Below, in pieces: positions 56,224-64,000 of a stretch of DNA of 64,000 nucleotides. The stretch spans positions 134,433 through 198,432 of the forward strand of contig JBFWNS010000002.1 of NCBI GenBank assembly GCA_050250935.1, written 5' to 3'. Position 1 is the first letter of the stretch, and every line of letters starts with the position of its first letter. The notes beneath the pieces are model-generated. The model did not search any database and was not told where the DNA came from. It worked only from the letters and a program-made list of their open reading frames with translations. Made by a program: the position numbers and the translations under genes. The DNA comes from Candidatus Margulisiibacteriota bacterium (GTDB lineage Bacteria; Margulisbacteria; Marinamargulisbacteria; JBFWNS01).

Positions 56224-57124
56224 AGAAAGCCTTTTTTCTTACGCCACCTCGGTTCTTGGATTCGACGATTGTAAATTTACCTCCCCGTTTTTAGGGGAGG
56301 AATTGGATGAATACCGTCAGTTGGTGGCCAACAAAGCCTTTGGGGATATGGGCTATTTGGAACGGCATCTGCCCTTCAAAGAAGATCCCAATTTATTGCT
56401 AGAAGGCGTTCAAACGGCCGTGGTGGTGATTAAAAACTACAAAAACACGTCCAAAACCCAATTGGATTTTCCCCTTAAAATTTCCCGTTACGCCACCTGC
56501 AAAGACTATCATGAGGTGATGGGACAGCAGCTGCAATTGCTGGCCGATTTTATAACCAAAAAGACCCCCACGGCCCGCTGTTACATCGGCGTGGACAGCC
56601 GCCCATTGGCAGAACGAAGCTTGGCCTTGAAAGCCGGCATTGGGTTTCGGGGTAAAAACACCATGGTAATCAAGCCCAAACTGGGGTCGTATTTTTTTAT
56701 TGGTGTGGTGTTAACAACGCTGGCGCTTGCACCAGACTCCCCTTTTCGCGGAACCTGCGGTACCTGTACCCGCTGCATCGATGCCTGCCCAACCCAGGCC
56801 ATCACCAAAACCGGTCAGCTGATACCCACCCAATGCATCAGCTATAAAACCATCGAGCAAAAAACCCCCATTACCCCCGACGAAGCCGAGCGCTTTAAAG
56901 GTTGGGCTTTTGGCTGCGATATTTGCCAAGAAGTTTGCCCCTTTAATCATCCCAAAACCCCTTTAACCGACTGGAACGATTTTAAACCTGAAAGCGGATT
57001 GGGCTTTGACGTTTTTAGGGATTCTGAAGTAAAAATACCCAGGTGGTCTGCCGCCTATAGATCCCGTCATCGATTGAAAGACAATGTCGCCATATTTAAA
57101 ACCAATACGTCGTTTGTGGGTTGA
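56213..57124 (+). CDS. queG: Epoxyqueuosine reductase
   Basis: ISRYA..DYH, VDS.PLAER, GKNT, CGTCTRCIDACPT and FGCDICQEVCP motifs. Confidence 0.93.
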   Translation: MPSKESLFSYATSVLGFDDCKFTSPFLGEELDEYRQLVANKAFGDMGYLERHLPFKEDPNLLLEGVQTAVVVIKNYKNTSKTQLDFPLKISRYATCKDYHEVMGQQLQLLADFITKKTPTARCYIGVDSRPLAERSLALKAGIGFRGKNTMVIKPKLGSYFFIGVVLTTLALAPDSPFRGTCGTCTRCIDACPTQAITKTGQLIPTQCISYKTIEQKTPITPDEAERFKGWAFGCDICQEVCPFNHPKTPLTDWNDFKPESGLGFDVFRDSEVKIPRWSAAYRSRHRLKDNVAIFKTNTSFVG

Positions 57125-57962
57125 TCGGTTTTGGGCCATCCTCGCCTTGCTGCTGTTTTTTCCAACCCTGGGAATGGCAGAAGATCTGAGCATCCGAAGT
57201 GCCTTTGTCAGTACCCCGTCTAAAGTTTCGGTAAAACTAAAAGCACAACCCAAATATTTGGTTTTGGCCCAACACGACATGGAACGGGTGTTGACCGAAA
57301 ACGTTAATCACTATTTGAATTCGGCAACCCAACAAAAGAACTACACCAAATTTTCAAACGGTGCCCTGCACAGCAAAGAAATTGCCATTACCTTCGACGA
57401 TGGTCCTTATCCCGACTATACCCCGCGATTGTTGGAGATTCTTAAACAATACAAGATTAAAGCCACTTTTTTTCCGGTGGGGAAAATGGCCGAAAAATAC
57501 CCCGAATTGATTCGCATGATGGAAGCCCAAGGCCATTTGGTGGGAAACCACACCTATTCGCATCATAATTTAAACACCCTATCTGTCGAGCACGTGGCCG
57601 TTGAAATTAAAGCCTGCGGCTATGTGATTCGCGATATCTTGGGCAAAGAGCCCTATGTCTTCCGCCCTCCTGGTGGCGATTATAACGACGATGTGGTCAA
57701 AATTGCGGGGGCCTTGGGGTATGCCACCATTTTGTGGACAGACAATCCAGGCGACTACATGGGCATTCCCTCGCGTAGCATCGCCCTTCGAACCCTTTCT
57801 CGCATTACCAATGGCGGCATTATTTTGCTGCATGATGGCACCCCGGCCACCCAAGAGGCGCTTCCCGAAATCTTCAAAACCCTTCAATCCAACGGCTATC
57901 GGTTTGTGACGGTTGATGAACTTCTGAAAATTAAAAACGTGGCCTCAAAACCCAAATCCTGA
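57084..57962 (+). CDS. Polysaccharide deacetylase (CE4)
   Basis: ITFDDGP, GNHTYSH, FRPPGG and ILLHDG motifs; N-terminal TM/signal segment. Confidence 0.93.
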   Translation: MSPYLKPIRRLWVDRFWAILALLLFFPTLGMAEDLSIRSAFVSTPSKVSVKLKAQPKYLVLAQHDMERVLTENVNHYLNSATQQKNYTKFSNGALHSKEIAITFDDGPYPDYTPRLLEILKQYKIKATFFPVGKMAEKYPELIRMMEAQGHLVGNHTYSHHNLNTLSVEHVAVEIKACGYVIRDILGKEPYVFRPPGGDYNDDVVKIAGALGYATILWTDNPGDYMGIPSRSIALRTLSRITNGGIILLHDGTPATQEALPEIFKTLQSNGYRFVTVDELLKIKNVASKPKS

Positions 57963-57978
57963 TATCATTCTCAGCCTT

Positions 57979-59256
57979 ATGAAATACACCTTACCCCGCG
58001 GTACCAAAGACATTTTGCCAGATGAAATGAGCTTTTGGCACTATATCGAATCGACCTCTCGAAGCTTGTTCGATCTTTACAATTACCAAGAAATTCGAAC
58101 CCCAGTTTTCGAATCCACCGACCTGTTTGTGCGGGGCCTAGGAACCGACACCGACATTGTGGACAAAGAAATGTACACCTTCACCGACAAGGGCGATCGC
58201 AGCCTAACCCTTCGCCCAGAAGGCACGGCACCGATTGTTCGTGCCTATATCCAAAACGCCCTCTTTAAACAATCCAAACAACAAAAAGTGTATTATTGCG
58301 GCCCCATGTTTCGCTACGAGCGACCCCAAGCGGGGCGATACCGACAATTCCATCAAATTGGGGTCGAAAATTTGGGCAATGCCCACCCTTTTTCGGATGC
58401 CGAGGTTATTTCGCTAGGAGTTCATTTGTTCGATGAATTGGGGCTTTCTGATTTGTCGGTGAACATTAACTCGGTGGGCTGTCCGGTGTGCCGGAAAGTC
58501 ATCGAAGAACGACTTAAGCAATTTATCGGCACCTATTTGGACCATTTGTGCGGGGATTGTCAGCGTCGATTCGACACCAAGCCCTTACGGATTTTGGATT
58601 GTAAAAAAGAGACTTGCAGCCACTATTTTTCTGGCTTACCCGATATTCGCAGTTCGCTGTGCCAAGAATGTAAAGACCATTTTAATGCGGTTACCGAATA
58701 TTTAGATTCTTTGGCCATTCCCTTTAACATCAACCCCCGTTTGGTTCGTGGTTTGGACTATTACACCCGAACCACCTTCGAAATTGTCTCGGACCACCTG
58801 GGTGCCCAAAATGCCATTTGTGGCGGTGGTCGCTACGACTATCTGATCGAAACCATGGGCGCCCCCCCCACCCCAGCCGTTGGCTTTGCCTTTGGTGTCG
58901 AGCGTGCTGTGATGGTGTTGCAGCAAATGTCGGATATCATCAAATCGAGGGAAATTCAGATTTATGTGGCACCGATAGGCTTTAACCAACAAACCCGGTG
59001 TTTCTACATTATGGATTCCCTGCGCCGCGCCGGATTCCAATGCGAAATGGACCATGCCAAAGAAGATTTGTCGGCCCAATTAAAACAGGCCAACAAACTT
59101 CGCGCCCGCTATACCCTAATTTACGGCGAAACCGAGGCCGAAAAAAACACCGTCATCCTCAAAAACATGGAAACCCGAGACCAAACGGAAATTCCCATCG
59201 ACGAGCTGATTCCCTATCTCGAAGGACAGGGGCTTCAGCACACCCATCACCACTAG
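57979..59256 (+). CDS. hisS: Histidine--tRNA ligase
   Basis: PRGTKD, LRPEGTA, FRYERPQAGRYRQFHQ, LVRGLDYY and GGGRYD motifs. Confidence 0.98.
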   Translation: MKYTLPRGTKDILPDEMSFWHYIESTSRSLFDLYNYQEIRTPVFESTDLFVRGLGTDTDIVDKEMYTFTDKGDRSLTLRPEGTAPIVRAYIQNALFKQSKQQKVYYCGPMFRYERPQAGRYRQFHQIGVENLGNAHPFSDAEVISLGVHLFDELGLSDLSVNINSVGCPVCRKVIEERLKQFIGTYLDHLCGDCQRRFDTKPLRILDCKKETCSHYFSGLPDIRSSLCQECKDHFNAVTEYLDSLAIPFNINPRLVRGLDYYTRTTFEIVSDHLGAQNAICGGGRYDYLIETMGAPPTPAVGFAFGVERAVMVLQQMSDIIKSREIQIYVAPIGFNQQTRCFYIMDSLRRAGFQCEMDHAKEDLSAQLKQANKLRARYTLIYGETEAEKNTVILKNMETRDQTEIPIDELIPYLEGQGLQHTHHH

Positions 59257-59268
59257 CGGTTCTGGGGC

Positions 59269-60198
59269 TTAGTATTTCATCGAAAACGAAATGTAGTGTT
59301 GGGATTCTTGTTGGAAGGCATCGGTGGTGTCGTAGCAATATTCCACGATTACCGGTTGCAGATCCAAGCTCAGCCCGATGGTGACAGAACCCCGGGTGGT
59401 GGTGCTGGTTTTGGGGATTTCTTTGTAGCCCAAACTCAGCCCAACCAATTTCGATTCCAGGGGATAAACTTTAAGACCCATTCCAGGCATGACTCGAGCC
59501 ACTGCCGAGCTGCGTTTGAGTTGTAAATACAGGTCGCCATTCATAAGGGGGAAGCTGTTGCTTTTGTAGCCAACACCCCATTCCGAGGCCAAACCTTCTT
59601 GGGCCCCATTGCTATAAAGCACTTTGTTGCCCAATACGTTTCGTCCAAATAATTGCCAATCGCCCACTGCACTGGTGTAGCGAATCCCCACCCCAAAATC
59701 GAACCCGTTTCCGGTGAGGGTTGCCAGGGTTCGGGCATAGTCGGTTACAGAGATACCAATGTTCAAATTGTCGCGTTGATAGTTCATTCCCGCCACATAT
59801 TGGGCACTGGAATAGGCAAAGGTTCCCACCGAAATGGCTTCGTTGCTGTTGTTTGTGGCGGTTGCATCAATGCCCCCTACCCCTTCGTAGACAACACCAA
59901 ACCCAAGGGTGATATCGGCTCTGGGTTTGATACTGACGGCACCCGTCATGTACGTGGTGTCGCCACCAAAATAGGTGGTATAGAAGGTGGACAAGCTGTT
60001 GCCAGCATAAGCTAGCCCCGTGGGACTTTCAAACACTACAGCCGCCGATTTGGTAAAACCCGAAACGTTGCCAATGCCAATCATGGCTGCAGAGGTTCCA
60101 ATTTCTGAAATATCTCTGAAATACTCTGCTTGAATCGAACCAGAAAGTCCGGCCAGTACGCCAATCAGAACCAGTGCTACTTTACTTTGTTTCAACAT
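59269..60198 (-). CDS. PorV/PorQ-like outer-membrane beta-barrel (paralogue of 3502-4425)
   Basis: AEYFRDISEIGTSAAMIGIGNV matches AEYFLISEVGSSAEMIGMGNI; ends HYISFSMKY. Confidence 0.7.
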   Translation of the reverse strand: MLKQSKVALVLIGVLAGLSGSIQAEYFRDISEIGTSAAMIGIGNVSGFTKSAAVVFESPTGLAYAGNSLSTFYTTYFGGDTTYMTGAVSIKPRADITLGFGVVYEGVGGIDATATNNSNEAISVGTFAYSSAQYVAGMNYQRDNLNIGISVTDYARTLATLTGNGFDFGVGIRYTSAVGDWQLFGRNVLGNKVLYSNGAQEGLASEWGVGYKSNSFPLMNGDLYLQLKRSSAVARVMPGMGLKVYPLESKLVGLSLGYKEIPKTSTTTRGSVTIGLSLDLQPVIVEYCYDTTDAFQQESQHYISFSMKY

Positions 60199-60264
60199 GG
60201 GAAAACCCTTTTTAACGTTGTGATGATGATGTGCATATACCCACTCTAAAACGACTTAAAACAT

Positions 60265-61533
60265 TTATTCTGGCAACACCGCAAATTTTCCCTTTCCCAG
60301 GACCTTGCCATTGTTCAACAGCACGTACATATAGACCCCGCTGGCCCAGCCTTCGCCAATAACGGCTTTGTTGATGACCACGCGGTTATAGCCCTGTTTT
60401 CCGCCTTCGTCCACCCCGCTTTTAAAGGTTTTTCGATAGATTTCGGTCCCCCAACTGGTGTAGACCCGCAGATCCATATCGGCCTCTTGGTTCAACCAAT
60501 AGCCAATAAAGGTTCCCGAGCTGAATTTAAAGGGATTGGGGACATTCAAGGGTCTACCGGCCGAGCCTTGAGCAGAAGCTCCTGTATCAAGGGTGACATT
60601 CAGTGTGGCCGGAGCCCCAATATGCCCCACGGTATCATAGGCAAATACGCTAAAATAGTAGGTATCATCAGGCAGGGTTGTGGCCACGGTCGCGGTCAGG
60701 CCATTCAGACTCACCCCAGTTCCTTGGGTGATGTCGATTGGAAAATCGGTGGTCGAACGCCGAACCACAATACCTTCCAAACTGAAATCTACGGGGGGAA
60801 CCCAGATCAGTTCTACGGAATTTCCAGATACAATGCTGATTAGGTTAGACACTTTGTCTGGCGCCGTGATGTCGATGGAAATATTAATGGTTGCGGGGGC
60901 CCCTATATTTCCTACCGTGTCATAGGCAAAAATGCTGTAATAATAGGTTCCATCTGGAACCGCTTCTTCCATAGTGGCGGTGGTGCCATTCAACGTAATC
61001 GATACGCCTTGGGTGGGGGTTGTCGGATAAACATCGTTGGCCCTGCGCACCACAATCCCCGAAAAATCGGGGTCCAAAGGCGGCACCCAAATCAGTTGAA
61101 CCACATTCCCCGACACAATCGAAAACAAACTAAAAACTTTGCCTGGAGCGGTTGTATCAACCGTGGCGCTTTGGGTAGCCGGTACACTGATATTTCCGGT
61201 GACATCGCTTGCAAAAATGGCATAGTAATACAACCCATCGGGAACCGAGCTCAGCGTGATGGACGTTCCAGTGATGTTTTGAGACACCACATTGCCCGAG
61301 GCGATGGTTTGGGGATAATTCGTGGTACTCACCCGAATGGTGGTGGAGGCAAAATCGTCGTCTGTAGGATTGGTCCAAGTTAAAACAACCGTGTTTCCGG
61401 AAGCCGTCGCCGTAAATTGAGTGGGTGGCCCTGGGGGCGTGGTGTCCGGTCCGGTTGCAAAAACAGACCCCATCAAACCCAAACTGAGCAGCACAGCAAA
61501 AAGACCGCTTCGCCCCCATTGTTTTAACAACAA
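60265..61533 (-). CDS. Secreted protein with three fibronectin-III-like repeats and a T9SS type-A-like C-terminal domain
   Basis: Three units D.T.P......GN.V.L.W..P.D...YY..FA.D..G; tail PLNVPNPF...SGVY.Y...GKVLGKGKFAVL. TTG 61533 follows the RBS AGGGGA. Confidence 0.8.
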   Translation of the reverse strand: MLLKQWGRSGLFAVLLSLGLMGSVFATGPDTTPPGPPTQFTATASGNTVVLTWTNPTDDDFASTTIRVSTTNYPQTIASGNVVSQNITGTSITLSSVPDGLYYYAIFASDVTGNISVPATQSATVDTTAPGKVFSLFSIVSGNVVQLIWVPPLDPDFSGIVVRRANDVYPTTPTQGVSITLNGTTATMEEAVPDGTYYYSIFAYDTVGNIGAPATINISIDITAPDKVSNLISIVSGNSVELIWVPPVDFSLEGIVVRRSTTDFPIDITQGTGVSLNGLTATVATTLPDDTYYFSVFAYDTVGHIGAPATLNVTLDTGASAQGSAGRPLNVPNPFKFSSGTFIGYWLNQEADMDLRVYTSWGTEIYRKTFKSGVDEGGKQGYNRVVINKAVIGEGWASGVYMYVLLNNGKVLGKGKFAVLPE

Positions 61534-61684
61534 AACAGTCCCCTTTAACAAAATTGTAGGATGAAAGCTGGACGTTTATACCCGTTAAGTAGGGTTTTCA
61601 AACATCCTTGGGCAGTACGGTTTAACTGGAATTTTGACAAGCCTACTAGAAGATCGCCCTAAAAGGAAGTATAGTTTTTCCTTC

Positions 61685-63445
61685 ATGAATCACTACAGAA
61701 GCCACAGCCTTTTAGCGTCTATTTCCCAGCCTCTCGGAACTTCTCTGACTCTGTCGGGGTGGGTGCACCGGGTTCGGGATCTGGGGCAACTGGTGTTTGT
61801 CGATTTACGGGATCGCAGTGGATTGGTGCAATTGGTCTTCGATTCCACCGAAAACCCAGAGCTTTTGGCCAAAGCCCAGCAAATTCGCCAAGAATGGGTT
61901 CTGCAGATTTCGGGAACATTGAGACACCGGTCGACGCCCAATCCCCAGTTAGCCACCGGGCTTTTCGAGGTTTTGGTCTCGTCTCTGACGGTGTTGAATC
62001 AGGCTTTACCGCCCATCATCAGCATTGCCGACGACACAGAAGCCGACGAACGCAATCGGTTGAAGTATCGCTATTTGGATCTTCGCCGTCCCGAAAACAG
62101 CCAGAAATTGGTGGCCAGACACCGCATTACCTCTGCCGTTCGCCGTTATTTGGACGAGGCGGGTTTTTTGGACATCGAAACCCCCATGTTAACCAAAAGC
62201 ACCCCAGAAGGGGCCCGCGACTATTTGGTGCCTTCTCGGGTTCAACCCGGCACTTTTTTTGCCCTTCCCCAATCCCCCCAATTGTTCAAACAGCTACTGA
62301 TGATGTCTGGGCTTGAAAAGTACTATCAACTTGTAAAATGTTTTCGGGACGAAGATTTGCGGGCCGACCGCCAACCCGAGTTTACCCAAATTGATATCGA
62401 AGCTTCTTTCGTAACCCAAGCCGACATTATTGAATTGGCCACAGGCTTGGTCAAAACCGCCTTCGACGCGGTTAATCTGCCCTTCCCCACCGACATTCCC
62501 ACCTTAACGTACCGCGAAGCCATGGACCGATACGGTTCAGACAAACCCGACCTGCGGTTCGGCTGCGAAATTGGGGATGTAACCGAAGCCGTTCGCAACT
62601 GCGACTTTGGCGTGTTTCGGGGTATCGCCGAATCGGGTGGCCGCATTCGTGGCTTTGCCATTCCCGGTGGGGCCAGCCAACTAAGCCGCAAACACTTCGA
62701 CGAGGCTTTAAGCGTGGTTGCTGGATTGGGCTTTAAAGGCGTGGCTTGGATGCAGCGCAAACCCGACGAGTTGCAATCGCCCATCGGCAAATTTTTTAAA
62801 CCCGAAGAACTAGAGGCCCTGTTCCACAGCCTGGGTGCCAACATCGGCGATTCGGTGGTGCTTTTGGCCCATACCCATACCGACTTGCTTTGCGAGGCTT
62901 TGGGCCGACTTCGCCTGCATTTTGCCGATCTTTTGAACCTAAAAAGCACCGAAAACAAATTGTTGTGGGTGGTGGCCTTCCCCTTGTTTGAAACCGATTT
63001 TGAAACCGGTGCCATTGCGGCCAAACATCATCCCTTTACCTCTCCCCATCCCGAAGATGTGGCTCTGCTAGACACGAAGCCAGCAGAAGTTCGCTCTCTG
63101 GCTTACGATTTTGTGTTGAACGGCACAGAACTGGGCGGCGGTAGCATTCGGATTCACGATTCTGCCCTTCAAAAGAAACTCTTTTCGCTTCTAAAACTCA
63201 GCGATGCGGATATTGCTCAAAAATTCGGATTTTTTGTGGAAGCCTTGCAATTTGGAACACCGCCCCACGGTGGTATTGCCCTGGGTTTGGACCGGTTGGT
63301 CATGTTGCTGACGGGCTCCAAGTCGATTCGAGACGTGATCGCTTTTCCCAAAACCCAAAACGCCAGCTGCTTGTTGTCCATGGCGCCAAGTGTCGTGGAT
63401 AAAGCCCAATTGGACGATCTGCACATCGGGGTTTTACCCGAATGA
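61685..63445 (+). CDS. aspS: Aspartate--tRNA ligase
   Basis: GWVHRVRDLG, RLKYRYLDLR, STPEGARDY, FRDEDLRADRQPEF and PPHGGIALG motifs. Confidence 0.98.
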   Translation: MNHYRSHSLLASISQPLGTSLTLSGWVHRVRDLGQLVFVDLRDRSGLVQLVFDSTENPELLAKAQQIRQEWVLQISGTLRHRSTPNPQLATGLFEVLVSSLTVLNQALPPIISIADDTEADERNRLKYRYLDLRRPENSQKLVARHRITSAVRRYLDEAGFLDIETPMLTKSTPEGARDYLVPSRVQPGTFFALPQSPQLFKQLLMMSGLEKYYQLVKCFRDEDLRADRQPEFTQIDIEASFVTQADIIELATGLVKTAFDAVNLPFPTDIPTLTYREAMDRYGSDKPDLRFGCEIGDVTEAVRNCDFGVFRGIAESGGRIRGFAIPGGASQLSRKHFDEALSVVAGLGFKGVAWMQRKPDELQSPIGKFFKPEELEALFHSLGANIGDSVVLLAHTHTDLLCEALGRLRLHFADLLNLKSTENKLLWVVAFPLFETDFETGAIAAKHHPFTSPHPEDVALLDTKPAEVRSLAYDFVLNGTELGGGSIRIHDSALQKKLFSLLKLSDADIAQKFGFFVEALQFGTPPHGGIALGLDRLVMLLTGSKSIRDVIAFPKTQNASCLLSMAPSVVDKAQLDDLHIGVLPE

Positions 63446-64000
63446 GTGGCTTTACGGTTATACCCGCCATCGATTTATTAAACGGCCAAGTGGTTCGCCT
63501 GACCCAAGGCGACTACAACCAAGTCGATCGCTATGACAAAAGCCCTGTAGAATGGGCCAAAGCCTTCGAAGCCGCCGGGGCCAAGCGCATTCACATTGTC
63601 GATTTGGACGGGGCAAAAGCCGGAAAACCGGTCAACCACGACACCATTTTGGCCATTCGCAAAGCCGTTTCCTGCGAGCTCGAAGTGGGGGGCGGTCTTC
63701 GCAGCCAAGACAGCCTGGCCTTTTACAAAGACGCCGGCATTAACTATCTGATCATTGGCTCCATGCTGATTAAACAGACCCAAACCGCCTTGGATTTGAT
63801 TCATGCCTTTCCCAATACCCTGATTGCCGGCGTGGATTGCAAAGGCGATTTTGTGGCTGTTGAAGGCTGGATTCAAAAAAGCAAAACCCCGCTTAAAGGC
63901 GTTTTAGACTTACTCAAAAACACCCCAACCGCTGGGGTGATCTACACCGACATCGCCAAAGACGGCATGATGCAAGGCCCCAACCTACCCGCCCTAAAAA
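63442..64000 (+). CDS. hisA: ProFAR isomerase (partial, runs off the right edge)
   Basis: ATG 63442: MSGFTVIPAIDLLNGQVVRLTQGDY...HIVDLDGA...EVGGG...YTDIAKDGMMQGPN. Confidence 0.95.
   Translation, partial: MSGFTVIPAIDLLNGQVVRLTQGDYNQVDRYDKSPVEWAKAFEAAGAKRIHIVDLDGAKAGKPVNHDTILAIRKAVSCELEVGGGLRSQDSLAFYKDAGINYLIIGSMLIKQTQTALDLIHAFPNTLIAGVDCKGDFVAVEGWIQKSKTPLKGVLDLLKNTPTAGVIYTDIAKDGMMQGPNLPALK

Noticed and set aside
59239..59256. HTHHH tail on HisRS as a histidine-sensing device
   Set aside because: Too short, at the extreme C-terminus, and with no attenuator structure or co-oriented downstream gene.

Overview
Bacterial chromosomal window, mostly housekeeping: polA, sucCD, mreB, pyrC, acs, gcvHP, a complete pstSCAB-phoBR-phoU operon, fabI, queG, hisS, aspS, hisA and a tRNA-Gly(TCC). 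The organism is a diderm (several outer-membrane beta-barrels). Its gene style resembles Ca. Margulisbacteria, but that is an unverified impression. Four accessory themes stand out. (1) Three cassettes each pair a PorV/PorQ-like barrel with a secreted protein ending in a T9SS-type C-terminal sorting domain; one cassette also drives a giant (>1150 aa, truncated by the window edge) repeat-rich, tail-fibre-like adhesin. (2) A Cys/His-rich leader ORF ends in LRPP, and its 3' end pairs with the ribosome-binding site of a His-rich outer-membrane transporter, resembling CruR/CutF-type ribosome-stalling control. (3) Several orphan, signal-less, effector-like ORFs occur: a three-gene repeat-protein cluster, a candidate CE-clan cysteine protease and a rearranged PLP lyase; some sit behind sigma-28-like promoters. 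(4) Gene-expression signals are unusual: TAnnnT boxes 9-10 nt before SD-less ATGs, probable AUU starts, and acs reading through an antisense tRNA. No CRISPR array, integrase or transposase was seen. All assignments come from reading motifs by eye; no searches were run.
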